Positions 41,092-53,883 of a stretch of DNA of 64,000 nucleotides are shown one piece after another. The notes under the pieces were generated by a model. That model was not told the DNA's origin and searched no databases. It saw only the letters and a program-made list of their open reading frames with translations. The stretch lies in NCBI GenBank assembly GCA_963819815.1, contig CAWFXL010000001.1, forward strand, positions 576,001-640,000. The letters are read 5' to 3'. Numbering within the stretch: the stretch's first letter is position 1; each line of letters opens with the position of its first letter. This stretch comes from an uncultured bacterium. GTDB taxonomy: Bacteria > Babelota > Babeliae > Babelales > Babelaceae. The position numbers and the translations under genes were made by a program.

Positions 41092-41117
41092 GGTGGAAGC
41101 ACCACGGTGCTTCCACC
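41092..41117 (-). terminator. Hairpin downstream of Cys-rich peptide gene
   Basis: GGTGGAAGCACC-AC-GGTGCTTCCACC 12-bp inverted repeat. Confidence 0.6.
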
Positions 41118-41143
41118 AATCGTGAAGTTCTTTTTTCTAAAAC

Positions 41144-41380
41144 TTATCTACTGCGTTTGTCGCAGCAGCTTTTTTCTTTCTGGTCGCAGCGATCTTTGTT
41201 GCATGATGAGAAGTTTTTCTCTCTGCAGCAATCTCTATCTTTTGATTCACAACGATCTTTGTTGCATGATGAGAATTCTTTTTCTCTGCAGCAATCTCTA
41301 TCTTTTTGTTTACCTGCAACTACATTAGAAGCAACAGCACAAGCTGCTACGAGTACTAATAGGCTTAAGAATTTTTTCAT
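41144..41380 (-). CDS. Small secreted Cys/Lys-rich tandem-repeat peptide
   Basis: Signal MKKFLSLLVLVAACAVASNVVA; two 21-aa (63-nt) repeats KDRDCCREK.FSSCNKDRC.. plus a partial third. Confidence 0.75.
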   Translation of the reverse strand: MKKFLSLLVLVAACAVASNVVAGKQKDRDCCREKEFSSCNKDRCESKDRDCCREKNFSSCNKDRCDQKEKSCCDKRSR

Positions 41381-41788
41381 GGAATTACCCTTTCTTAAAA
41401 AGTGTTTTTTGTTAGTTTTCTTATACATCAATTTTGGTATTCTGCCTTCCATAGTTCGATACCTGGTAATCATCCTTTCATCGTTAAGAGTGTTAACAAA
41501 CAAACATCAATACCTCGGTGAGGTAGGATTCCTCACGCTGGATTGTTATACTTTCACTATACCGCATTCTCGATTACAGAAACAAGATTTTCTTAATTTT
41601 ACATTAATTCAAAATAGAAATATTATATTTTTGTGAGAAGTCGCGCATTATTGATGCCCTCCTAGAGGCATGTATACTTACAAACTAGCAACCGTGCAAT
41701 CGCATGCTAGCTTTGGAATAAAGCTAAACTTTTTTCTCCAAAAGTTTCACCCTGTCAATAAAGGGGGCCTGTTTTCCTGTTTCTCGAC

Positions 41789-41817
41789 TTGGAAAATTCC
41801 CTATTTAGAGGTATACT
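41789..41817 (+). promoter_or_regulatory. Putative gyrB promoter
   Basis: TTGGAA-N17-TATACT upstream of ATG 41850. Confidence 0.5.
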
Positions 41818-41849
41818 AGGGACAAATTCAGCAAATCGGGAGTATTTCC

Positions 41850-44267
<2,418 letters not shown>

Positions 44268-44269
44268 CG

Positions 44270-45289
44270 ATGGCACATCCCCAGATGGTACATCGACTCG
44301 TTGAAAAAATAAGAACCTTTAGTGATGAGCATCAGCTCATACCTAAAGGTTCTCCCCTTATTGTGGGTCTTTCAGGGGGACCTGACTCGATAGCACTCCT
44401 GTCCATTCTTAAGACTCTCGAGCCTGTATATGACTATACACTCATCGCCGCACATCTTGATCATCAGTGGCGTATCCACTCATCTAAGGACGTTGCCTTC
44501 TGTAAAGAATTTGCCGATTCACTTCAAATAGCCTTTGTGCATACAACAGCGGATCAAATCAGCCTCACAAAAAAACCTCGATCTCAAGAAGATACAGGAC
44601 GTCTTTTAAGACGGACTTATTTTGAACGGCTCGCACAAGAGCATAGAGCCAAAGGAATTGCACTTGGCCATCATTACCATGATCAGCAGGAGACCTTTTT
44701 TCTTCGTTTAATTCGTGGAGCAAGTATCGCTGGTCTCGCGGCTATGAAACCAAAACAAAAAGAATATATTCGTCCACTTCTTACCTGCACCAAGGATGAA
44801 CTTATTGCGTATCTTAACGAGCTTGCTATCCCCTTTTTAACCGATGAAACGAATGATGATCCACGCTTTCTTCGTAATGCCATTCGACATACCGTCATGC
44901 CCGCCTTGCGCGCTTGTGATGATCGCTTCGAAGGATCATTTCAAAAAACCTTGAGCGCTCTTCAGGAAACAGATGCGTACCTTGAGCGCATTACAGAACA
45001 GATGCTTACCCAGCTTACCCGTGATTCTCACCAACTTAGTATTGATGCGTTCCTGGCAACTGATACGTTTCTACACCCTAGAATCCTCGTTGCATGGCTC
45101 TGTAAGGAAGGGGTGCCCTTTACGCCTTCCACAAAATTCTTTGAAGAACTCATTCGCTTCATGCACAACAATGCTCAGGAGCATCAGATGCATCCGTCAT
45201 GGAAGCTCAGAAAATCAGGCACTCTTCTTTCTATTCATAAGATAGTCTCCAAAGATACGAACCCATCTTCATCGATTGTTCAGTCTTAG
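44270..45289 (+). CDS. tilS: tRNA(Ile)-lysidine synthase
   Basis: SGGPDS PP-loop, GHHYHDQQET, RPLL, DETN..RN.IRH. Confidence 0.93.
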   Translation: MAHPQMVHRLVEKIRTFSDEHQLIPKGSPLIVGLSGGPDSIALLSILKTLEPVYDYTLIAAHLDHQWRIHSSKDVAFCKEFADSLQIAFVHTTADQISLTKKPRSQEDTGRLLRRTYFERLAQEHRAKGIALGHHYHDQQETFFLRLIRGASIAGLAAMKPKQKEYIRPLLTCTKDELIAYLNELAIPFLTDETNDDPRFLRNAIRHTVMPALRACDDRFEGSFQKTLSALQETDAYLERITEQMLTQLTRDSHQLSIDAFLATDTFLHPRILVAWLCKEGVPFTPSTKFFEELIRFMHNNAQEHQMHPSWKLRKSGTLLSIHKIVSKDTNPSSSIVQS

Positions 45290-45391
45290 CATTCGGTGTA
45301 GTGAAAAATGGAGGCCCGCCTCCCGTAGCTTTTTCTTGCGCATCTGCTAAGATAGAAAAATTATATAACACCCCTTCGTAAATAGAGCGCT

Positions 45392-47123
45392 ATGAAAAGG
45401 TATACTCTTTCTAAAACACTGTTCTTAGCCATGGTGCTCGTAAGCGTTTCTTTCCCGTTTTTATCTGCTAAAGCCGCACCTTCCTCAAAAAAAAAATCAG
45501 AGTACCAAGAAAGTTTCCGTTTCAAAAAAACGGAGTACACAGCGCAAACGGCCTTTCAGAAAAGCACTCAAGAAAACACTGAAACTTCCAAAAAAAATAG
45601 TTCAGCACAAATCCCGTAGAGTTCCCGTATCAGCCACTGCTCTTTCTTCAACTGCACAGAAGCCACTCACTCAACAGGGAGTAAGCACAGCACAACAATC
45701 ATTGCAAGGTTTTCAAGCACCAGATAAAGCTCCGATTAGCAAGGCCCATCAAGAACAGCTACGAGCATTAAGAACTACTATAGGAAACTTAGTAAGCGAA
45801 GTTGATAAAAAGGCATCAGTCGGGGTAAAGGTAGTCCTTCTTAAAAATAATAGCACCATCTATGAAAAAAATGCTACCCATCTTTTTACCCCTGCAAGTA
45901 ATACCAAACTGATTACTGCAGCCGCTGCTTACCATCTTTTAGGGCCAGACTATCAGTTTAAAACTAAACTCTATACTGACAAGAAAGTAGGAACCCATGC
46001 GATTCGCCATCTGTATATCAAAGGAGCGGGAGATCCCACACTCACCGATAAAGATCTTGTTGCATTAGCAAAGCGCTTAAGAAGTCTTGGCATTCACGAA
46101 ATCAAGGGTGATATCATCGTTGATGCTTCCCTATTTTCATCTGAAAGCGCCGCTGCTCCTGGATGGAGTAAGGGAGATGGCCCCATCTTTGATAAATCTC
46201 CCACAGGTGGGCTCATGGTCAATCATAGCTGTATTCGCATCCAGGTAAAGCCTTCAAGGATGGTAGGAAAGAAACCGATCGTTATTATTGATCCTCACAC
46301 CGACTATGTGCTGATTCAAAACGAAGCAAAAACACGAGCAGAAAACAAACCTCATTCTCTTACAGTAGTTCCAGGAGCACATAATAGCCTCATCATTCGC
46401 GGATTTCTTGGAAAGAAAAGTAAAACGAAGTTCTATAGAATGGCCGTAGAGCATCCCACTATCTATGCAGGTCAGGTCCTTGCCGGTATCTTAAAAGCAC
46501 AAAAAATTCAGGTGCGAGGTAAGGTTACCACCGGTATTGTTCCAGAGAATGCACGGTTTCTTGCTGAGCATAGCTCTACTGATTTAAACGACATAATCAG
46601 ACATATGATGAAAAGATCAGATAACTTGTATGCAGATTCGCTCTTTAGACTCATGGGAGCTCGGCACACCAATGAACCAGGGAGCTGGGCCAATGGGAAA
46701 AAGGCGATTGAGGAGTTTTTACAGACAACTGTAGGAATCGATACGACTACCCTTAAGATTTTTGATGGTTGCGGACTCTCCCATAAAAATAAAGTATCTC
46801 CCAACGATTTCATTCAGCTGCTGAGCTGGATGTATACCCAGTCACCATATAAAGATAACTTTATTGCCTCGCTTCCGATTGGAGGAGTTGACGGCACCCT
46901 GCGCAATAGAATGAAACAGACCGTCCCTCATAGTATCAACGCGAAAACGGGAAATTTAAATGGGGTGACCTGTCTCTCGGGTTATATTACCCCAAAGACA
47001 GGACTCCCACTTATTTTTGTAATCATGGTAAACCGAAAAAATAAATCTGCCGTTATGTTCAAAAGAAAACTCGAAGACCAGCTGTGCAAGATTCTTGCAG
47101 CTCACGCTTTTAGTACTTCTTAA
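45392..47123 (+). CDS. dacB: D-Ala-D-Ala carboxypeptidase/endopeptidase PBP4 (S13), frameshift in A10 run 45487-45496
   Basis: PASNTK, GAGDP, SDN, DGCGLS, GVDGTL, KTG; the 45392 signal-peptide ORF joins the 45702 frame if one A is removed. Confidence 0.88.
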
Positions 47124-47568
47124 GAGGCTCCGGCTGATGATAAAAACTCTCATGTTTTTCGCATGATTCAATACACTCATCAACTGCAATTAAAGCTCGC
47201 TCACAAACATCGCGGGCATCTTGGCATGCCGATCTACACCCTTCTAGTAGAGAACAGGTATCGATTGAGGCATTAAGTGTCCTTATACACTCACCAAGAG
47301 TTTTCACTGCTTTATTGATAACCTCCATATGATTCTCATCACCTTCATCTTTGAATTGGATGATCATCTCATCTAATACTTTAACGCAGGAATGGCAGGT
47401 CGCAATACACTCATGTGCTTGATCAATAAAGTTTTTAGCCCCAATGGGACACTGGGCAGGCTTTTCACATAGATCTTCACAAGAATCCGCCGCAGCAATG
47501 CAGCTTTCTAGTTCAACGATGCTTTTATTGCAGGCATCCATGAGGTTAGTAAACGCTTGAGGTAACAT
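47110..47568 (-). CDS. Cys-rich four-helix-bundle protein (copper-storage Csp/DUF326-like)
   Basis: Repeated C..xxC..xC helical pattern (ECIATCHSC, ACQDARDVC, ECIESC). Confidence 0.65.
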   Translation of the reverse strand: MLPQAFTNLMDACNKSIVELESCIAAADSCEDLCEKPAQCPIGAKNFIDQAHECIATCHSCVKVLDEMIIQFKDEGDENHMEVINKAVKTLGECIRTLNASIDTCSLLEGCRSACQDARDVCERALIAVDECIESCEKHESFYHQPEPLKKY

Positions 47569-47720
47569 ACTGATACCCTCCGTAAGTCCCTAGTCAGACA
47601 CCGCCCCTTTACCTAACTCAGGAATTTTGCATACACTTACACAAACGCACATCGCTCAATTCTCACTCGTTGATTTCATAATAGCATACATAAAATTAAT
47701 TATTCAATAGTTTCATTCAA

Positions 47721-48278
47721 CTATTTTCGAAGTGAAGAGATAGGAATTACAAAACGCCAGAGTTTATCAACTCCTTGCGAGATACCAATCCGAGGAGTAG
47801 AAAGTACTTGAGCTGGCTGATATACATCGTCATAGACACAGAGTAAGGAGGAAGATTGAGTAAGATCGATACCGTTATGTTCAAGGGAAACCTGAAGAGC
47901 CTTGCCCGTTCTTCCAGGGCCATCGATACGTCGTGTTATTTTATTGGTATCACTCATCTGTTCAATTCCACGAATAAGCACCCCTCCTGCGGAAACACCT
48001 TCTGGCCGTGAAACAATATTCATGCACCAATGAATACCATAACTTAGGTATATATAGGAATGGCCCACAGGCCCAAAAAGTGCTGAATTCCGCTTTGTAA
48101 GACCACGATAGGCGTGACAAGCAGGATCATCGGAACGATAGGCTTCAGTTTCTACGATACGGCCAATAAAAGGCACATCAGCAACTGAGCATATAAGCAC
48201 TTTGCCAAGCAAATCGCGTGCTACAGCAACCGTATCTCGTTCGTAAAAACTTCGTGGTAAAGGGTTTAAGGTATTCAT
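47721..48278 (-). CDS. mpg: DNA-3-methyladenine glycosylase (MPG/AAG)
   Basis: VARDLLGK, GRIVETEAY, YIYLSYGIH, VLIRG, GPG, PRIGI, WRF. Confidence 0.95.
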   Translation of the reverse strand: MNTLNPLPRSFYERDTVAVARDLLGKVLICSVADVPFIGRIVETEAYRSDDPACHAYRGLTKRNSALFGPVGHSYIYLSYGIHWCMNIVSRPEGVSAGGVLIRGIEQMSDTNKITRRIDGPGRTGKALQVSLEHNGIDLTQSSSLLCVYDDVYQPAQVLSTPRIGISQGVDKLWRFVIPISSLRK

Positions 48279-48313
48279 ATAGCTCCCCTAGGCTAACTTA
48301 TACATGCGGTAAA

Positions 48314-49120
48314 CTATCTATTGAGATAAATAATATCAATACATTGAGGAAAGGTCATTTCTTGAGGATTCTCCTGAAAGAAACTTAGAAGCCGATCAGA
48401 TGCATAATTTTTAAGCGCTGTACCAAAACGCGTTTGCTGCTGAATCTCAGGAGTTATTTGAAGGTAACAATACGCCCTTTTAAGATCATCTTTTTCAAGA
48501 GAGTCTAAATGGGCCTTAAGGTTATTCAAAGTCAGCGTATTTTTCGTAAAAGTTGGCTGTAAATCGGTCCATATAACGGCAGTGTATCCATTTTCACGTG
48601 CCCAGGAAACGATTCTCTGAAGCAGAGTATGGTCTGTATAATAGTCATCGCCAATAGTGCCCTTTTGAAGAGTAGTTTTTCCCGTGCGTACATTATAGTC
48701 TTTGCGCCTATAGGTACTATCTTGCAGATTAACATACCCAATGTTTTCAGCAGAAACACCTTCACGAGCCTGCAACGCCGAACGGGCTTGGCTAACATTA
48801 TCACCTCTATAGGTAGCATAAAATGTTTCCACCTCTTTTATTAAGGGCTCTGTGCCAAGCTTTCCAAATCCAGACGCAATAACAAGACTGAGTCTGCCAT
48901 CACTATTTTGACGGGCATACTCGACCGGAAGTGTGGGACCTGTGCGGGGATTAGACTTAAATCCATTTGGCTCAACCAAAGGAAGACTGCCAGGATTTGC
49001 AGCTAGAGAACCCCAAGATAAATAGGCAATTTTTGCAGGCGCTTCTACGCCATTCATAGGAACAAGCCAGAAAAGAGCTCCAAGAATCACATATAGACTT
49101 CGTATACAATACACAAGCAT
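48314..49120 (-). CDS. Conserved hypothetical protein with signal peptide (possibly GGCT-like fold)
   Basis: IAYLSWGSL, GPTLPVEYAR..DGRLSLVI, L.AREG, VIWTDL; AGGAG RBS. Confidence 0.6.
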   Translation of the reverse strand: MLVYCIRSLYVILGALFWLVPMNGVEAPAKIAYLSWGSLAANPGSLPLVEPNGFKSNPRTGPTLPVEYARQNSDGRLSLVIASGFGKLGTEPLIKEVETFYATYRGDNVSQARSALQAREGVSAENIGYVNLQDSTYRRKDYNVRTGKTTLQKGTIGDDYYTDHTLLQRIVSWARENGYTAVIWTDLQPTFTKNTLTLNNLKAHLDSLEKDDLKRAYCYLQITPEIQQQTRFGTALKNYASDRLLSFFQENPQEMTFPQCIDIIYLNR

Positions 49121-49420
49121 CTCCTTTATCTCTTGTCAAACATCTGAAATTCTCATATTTAATTGTATCACAAATAGTTTCACCCTGTCAAGAGTTTAAG
49201 CAGAGTGATCCTAATACTCGCATGTATGCAGATCCGTGACTCTCAAAAGGCCATTACTTGTGGATTTTGGGTTACCGTATAGCCAAGACTCGTTCCGATA
49301 GATTTTATAGGAGAGGAGATGCTATAAATACATTGACACAACTGGTGATTTAGCTACAATTCATACTACACATCGGGTTATGTTGATTAAGTCATATCTA
49401 TAACAAGCAGGACCTATCTG

Positions 49421-51880
49421 ATGCGCGCTATATTCTACTCTCTTATCTTACTCGTAACATTTTCACTGTCTATACAGGCAAAAGATTCGATTCACTCGAC
49501 TCAAGCAGCTCAGGACCAATTAAATAGAGAATTCCTTGCTGCGGCGGCGGAAGGTTCCTCAAACTTACTTGCCGACCTTCTTAAGAGGGGAGCTCATGTT
49601 AATGCCCAGGATGAATATGACTTGACACCTCTTCACTATGCCGCTCGGAATGGTCATAGAGGCTGTTTAGAGATTCTCATTACTGCTAAGGCAAACGTTA
49701 ATGCTCAGGATAGAAGTGGCAGCACACCTCTTCACTATGCCACTCTGCATGGTCATAGAGGCTGTTTAGAGATTCTCATTGCAGCTAAGGCAAACGTTAA
49801 TGCTCAAGATAGAAGTGGCAGCACACCTCTTCACGATGCCACTCTGAATGGTTATAGAGACTGCTCAGAGATTCTAATTGCAGCCAAGGCAGACGTCAAT
49901 GCTCAGGATAAAAGTGGCAGTACACCCCTACATCACACTGTTTATAAAGGCGACCAAGAGAGTACCAGTATCCTCATTACCGCCAATGCAGATGTTAATA
50001 GACAAGATAGAGGGGGCCGCACCCCCCTTCACGAAGCTGCTACATATGGCCATAGAACCTGCTTAGATATTCTCATTACTGCTCAGGCAGATGTTAATAT
50101 TCAGGACTCAGATGGCGACACACCCCTGCACAAAGCTGTTTACCGCGGCCACCAAGATTGTATCGGTGTTCTCATTGCTGCCAACGCAGAGGTTAATGTT
50201 CAGGATAGAACGGGCGACACACCCGTACATTATGCTGCTGAATGTGGCTATAGCACCTGTTTAGAGATTCTTATTACTGCTCAGGCCGAGGTAAATGCTC
50301 AGGGTAGAGATGGCGCCACGCCACTCCACAAAGCTGCCTGCAATGGCCATAGAAACTGTATAGATATACTCATTACAGCTAACGCACTTGTTAATATTCA
50401 AGATAGAGAAGGCGATATACCTCTTCACAAGGCTGCTCGAAATGGTCATAGAGAGTGTGTAGATAAACTCATTAAGACTCTCGCCGAGGTAAATGTTCAC
50501 AACGGAAGTGATCTCACACCGCTTCACATGGCTGCTTGCAATGATCATAGCGAGTGCGTAGGAATGCTCCTTACCTCTGGAGCAGACGTTAATGCTCAGG
50601 ATATCGATGGCTTTACACCCCTTCACTATGCTGCCAGAAATGGTTGTAGAGACTGCTTAGAGATTCTTATTACTGCTCAGGCAGATGTTAACGTTGAGGA
50701 TACAGATGGCGAAATGGCTCTTCATAAGGCTGCTTACAATGGTCATAGAGGCTGCGTAAATATTCTTATTAGCGCCATGGCAGATGTTAATGCTCGGAAT
50801 AAAAATGGCAACGCACCCATCCACGAAGCTGCTTGCCATGCTCATGGAGGCTGCTTGGACATTCTCATTAAAGCTAAAGCAGATGCTAACGCTCAGAATA
50901 AAAATGGTTTGACACCCCTTCACTATGCAGCAAAGAATGGTCATCCAGATTGTGTGGATATTCTCATTAACGCTAAAGCAAAGGTTAATTCGCAAGATAT
51001 AAATGGCTCAACACCACTGCACAATGCTGCTGAAGAGGGTCGCCTAGATTGTATAGATATTCTCATTAGCGCCAAAGCTGACGTCAATGCACAGGATAGA
51101 GATGGCTTAACACCACTTCACTATACTGCTAAGAATGGCTGTAGAAACTGCATACATATTCTTATTAATTCTAACGTAGACGTTAATGCTCTGGATAAAG
51201 ATGGCTTTACACCACTTCACTATGCTGCAAGCAATGGTCATAGAGACTGTCTAGATATTCTCATTAGGGCTAAAGCAGAGGTGAATGCTCAGGATAGAAG
51301 AGGCTCTACACCACTTCATTATGCCGTTGAATACGGTCATAGATACTGTCTAGAAACTCTCATTAGAGCTAAGGCAGATGTTAATGCTCAGGATAGAGAT
51401 GGCTTCACACCACTTCACATAGCTGCTCGCAATGGCCTTAAAGACTGCATGGATATTCTCATTAAAGCTAAAGCTGATGTTAATGCTCAGGACAATCAAT
51501 GTCGCAATAAGGCATTGCAGATGGCTGCTGAGTGTGATGCATGTGATTGTGTCGAGCTACTCATAAAGCACAGTTATTTGATGTTCGCACCTTCAGCAGA
51601 AACTTCTTCTGAAGCTCTTGAAAGAGTTCGTACAGCTCGCGCTCTACCTGACGACCTTTCTCTGATTTTTCTTGATCAAGTCAGACAAGGACAAGTCGCC
51701 GAAGATTCCTTAATCAAATCAAAAGATACGGCCATTCACTATCTCATTAAAAAGTTTACTGATCATAGTGCATTATTTGATCTAAGTAGTGTGAGCATTG
51801 CACTCAGAGTATTCCTCCAAGATACAACTCATATTGAAAAGCTTATCAGAGAAGGTGTCAACGAAAGATGTAGCAACTAA
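49421..51880 (+). CDS. Secreted ankyrin-repeat protein (~20 tandem 33-aa repeats)
   Basis: Signal peptide; repeated A.VNAQD..G.TPLH.AA..GH..C..ILI; upstream TTGACA-N16-TACAAT at 49333-49360. Confidence 0.95.
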   Translation: MRAIFYSLILLVTFSLSIQAKDSIHSTQAAQDQLNREFLAAAAEGSSNLLADLLKRGAHVNAQDEYDLTPLHYAARNGHRGCLEILITAKANVNAQDRSGSTPLHYATLHGHRGCLEILIAAKANVNAQDRSGSTPLHDATLNGYRDCSEILIAAKADVNAQDKSGSTPLHHTVYKGDQESTSILITANADVNRQDRGGRTPLHEAATYGHRTCLDILITAQADVNIQDSDGDTPLHKAVYRGHQDCIGVLIAANAEVNVQDRTGDTPVHYAAECGYSTCLEILITAQAEVNAQGRDGATPLHKAACNGHRNCIDILITANALVNIQDREGDIPLHKAARNGHRECVDKLIKTLAEVNVHNGSDLTPLHMAACNDHSECVGMLLTSGADVNAQDIDGFTPLHYAARNGCRDCLEILITAQADVNVEDTDGEMALHKAAYNGHRGCVNILISAMADVNARNKNGNAPIHEAACHAHGGCLDILIKAKADANAQNKNGLTPLHYAAKNGHPDCVDILINAKAKVNSQDINGSTPLHNAAEEGRLDCIDILISAKADVNAQDRDGLTPLHYTAKNGCRNCIHILINSNVDVNALDKDGFTPLHYAASNGHRDCLDILIRAKAEVNAQDRRGSTPLHYAVEYGHRYCLETLIRAKADVNAQDRDGFTPLHIAARNGLKDCMDILIKAKADVNAQDNQCRNKALQMAAECDACDCVELLIKHSYLMFAPSAETSSEALERVRTARALPDDLSLIFLDQVRQGQVAEDSLIKSKDTAIHYLIKKFTDHSALFDLSSVSIALRVFLQDTTHIEKLIREGVNERCSN

Positions 51881-52015
51881 AGGTATATATAAGATCAGTC
51901 TTCATTTTGACTCACTAGTTCGCATTTTCCCCAGATGCAGCATCAACCATAGTTTTTTTATAGCTCTTTCCGGTATACTAGTAGAAGCGGATTTAACCAT
52001 CCTACACAATGGACT

Positions 52016-52912
52016 ATGACCACATTTACGTTCAAAAAATATCGCTCCTTTATTCTTTCATGTCTTCTGCATGCACTGTTGCTCTTGGTCCTACTGTATA
52101 CAAGAATATATCAGAATAGTCCCGAGCAGCTCATTCGTACTACGCGTATCCCTGCAAAAGTCCAGATGCAAAATATACCCCAGCTGCCTTTTCAACCTCC
52201 CGCTTCTGATAATCAACCTACCCTGGATGATACAGCAGAGTCTAAACCCGTCCAGCAGGAAGAGGCCCATCCTGAACAAATGTCTGAAGAAAACGCCAAA
52301 TCAGAGATTCTAGAGAAAAAAGAATCTACATTTCAAGAGCAGCTCCCTCAGAAAGAGGCTCCAAAAAATGTATCAGAGAAAACTAGCATGCAGCCTTTCT
52401 CTAGAAATGACTACCTATCAGCTTCACCGTATCAAAGCAAAAACGTTCAGCATGGAACATCTGTTTCACGTGAGGCGTTTATGCAAGCTTTTTCATCGGC
52501 AATACAGCATGGGAAGGTATATCCTACAGCTAAGTCTTCTCAAGATGCCTACTCTGGTCCTGCTCATGTGCAAGAGCGCCTTCAAGAATGGGGCCAGCAC
52601 CATTATAAAGAAAAGCTATTTAAAGCACTAAGAAAAGCCAGTGTACATACCTCAACTCATATCTATAATGAACGATCTCTCAAGAAAAGAATATTAATCA
52701 CCATCACCATCACTAAAGACGGCATGCTCGGCAAAATTAATAAAAACGATCTCTCAGGAATTCAGGAAGTTGATAACCATATCATCAGAATTCTCGAGTC
52801 AGCTGACTTTCCGCCGATTCCAGACCGCTATGGTACAGATTCATTTGTCTTTTCACTCCCTATAGAAATTAACCTTCAACCAGGCTCAGGGGCATACCGA
52901 CTCTTTGTATAA
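52016..52912 (+). CDS. TonB/TolA-like protein
   Basis: S..LH TM motif (SCLLHALLL), Pro/Glu linker, C-terminal ITI.KDG, SG..EVD, FPPIP. Confidence 0.65.
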   Translation: MTTFTFKKYRSFILSCLLHALLLLVLLYTRIYQNSPEQLIRTTRIPAKVQMQNIPQLPFQPPASDNQPTLDDTAESKPVQQEEAHPEQMSEENAKSEILEKKESTFQEQLPQKEAPKNVSEKTSMQPFSRNDYLSASPYQSKNVQHGTSVSREAFMQAFSSAIQHGKVYPTAKSSQDAYSGPAHVQERLQEWGQHHYKEKLFKALRKASVHTSTHIYNERSLKKRILITITITKDGMLGKINKNDLSGIQEVDNHIIRILESADFPPIPDRYGTDSFVFSLPIEINLQPGSGAYRLFV

Positions 52913-53003
52913 TTGAAAAGCACTAGATAAGAATCAGTTGCTAGGGCTACCACAGCAACTGATCTCTTCCATTTCTGCTTTAACTTTTATAGAAGCACTA
53001 TCA

Positions 53004-53258
53004 TCAGTCGGACGATCCCGTTGCGGAAAATCCCGAAACCTGACCACAAGCAACCATGAGCTTTTGTTCTTTGCCCTTATGTTTTATATTGGCTCCAGCA
53101 GCGTCCCCTGTTCCATTACATGGAACCGCAAATCTTACCTCAGTACCTGGCACTTCAATATAAATTTGTGCAGCATTTGGTATTTTTTTTGGCCATTCAC
53201 CATATACTAGGGAGGTAAAATACCCACACACAAGTGCAATCGCAAATAGTTTCTTCAT
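53004..53258 (-). CDS. Small secreted protein (may extend to 52934 if frameshifted)
   Basis: AAGGAG RBS, MKKLFAIALVCG signal; similar to 53364 gene. Confidence 0.7.
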   Translation of the reverse strand: MKKLFAIALVCGYFTSLVYGEWPKKIPNAAQIYIEVPGTEVRFAVPCNGTGDAAGANIKHKGKEQKLMVACGQVSGFSATGSSD

Positions 53259-53298
53259 ATGTTCTCCTTTTAAGTTTATTTTCGATACATGCATAAGT

Positions 53299-53330
53299 CA
53301 TGCATAAGTTGCTATAGCAACTTATGCATG
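53299..53330. repeat. Perfect 32-bp palindrome
   Basis: CATGCATAAGTTGCTATAGCAACTTATGCATG, preceded by a direct copy of CATGCATAAGT (53288-53298). Confidence 0.85.
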
Positions 53331-53363
53331 CTATTTTTCTTATAGGGCTCTTCGAAAGAAGCA

Positions 53364-53564
53364 CTAATTAATAGTGAGGTATCCTTGCTGACCACAAGCA
53401 ACATTCAAGGTACCAACTTTCCCTCGAGATTTTGCAACGACCTGAGTTGTTTCACCCTCTTTACATGTGGCCATCACGTTTATTTTTGCCACACCAGCTT
53501 CCCCATCACATATTATAGCTGTAAAAGGTGTACACAATAATACGATCGCTAATAACTTCTTCAT
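53364..53564 (-). CDS. Small secreted protein, paralog of 53004 gene
   Basis: AAGGAG RBS, MKKLLAIVLLC signal; shared C...K.(R/K)GK...L.VACGQ. Confidence 0.7.
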   Translation of the reverse strand: MKKLLAIVLLCTPFTAIICDGEAGVAKINVMATCKEGETTQVVAKSRGKVGTLNVACGQQGYLTIN

Positions 53565-53883
53565 ACATTCTCCTTTGAAAATTACATTATTATTATTTCT
53601 ACTTGTAACATATTTTGAAATACAAAGTCAATACTTCTTCAAGGGAGGCAGCTTATCTCTGACAAAGAATTTTTTTGTAAGGCAGCATGGTATTTATGAA
53701 ATCAAGTTTGTTAATTTATGTCGATTAGCTCATAACTTTGCAATCCACCATAGCGCGATGCTGTGAATTTCCAACAAAATCTCCCCTCAATATATTTCAA
53801 AAAGAGGATATAATTTGACAAACGCAAAAGTTCGTGTAGACTTAATGATGTTTGTAGAGCACCCTCAACATAAAGGAGATCAT

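Noticed and set aside
41073..41636. Plus-strand 187-aa ORF with repeated SQRSLLHDE
   Set aside because: Antisense shadow of the Cys-rich peptide repeat; the minus-strand ORF has the RBS, signal peptide and terminator.
41743..41758. Identical 16-mer AGTTTCACCCTGTCAA also at 49176-49191
   Set aside because: It contains a reverse -35 TTGACA, and roughly one chance 16-mer match is expected in 64 kb, so it is not enough to call a regulon motif.
49561..51500. 99-bp nucleotide periodicity
   Set aside because: Fully explained by coding ankyrin repeats; not a non-coding array.
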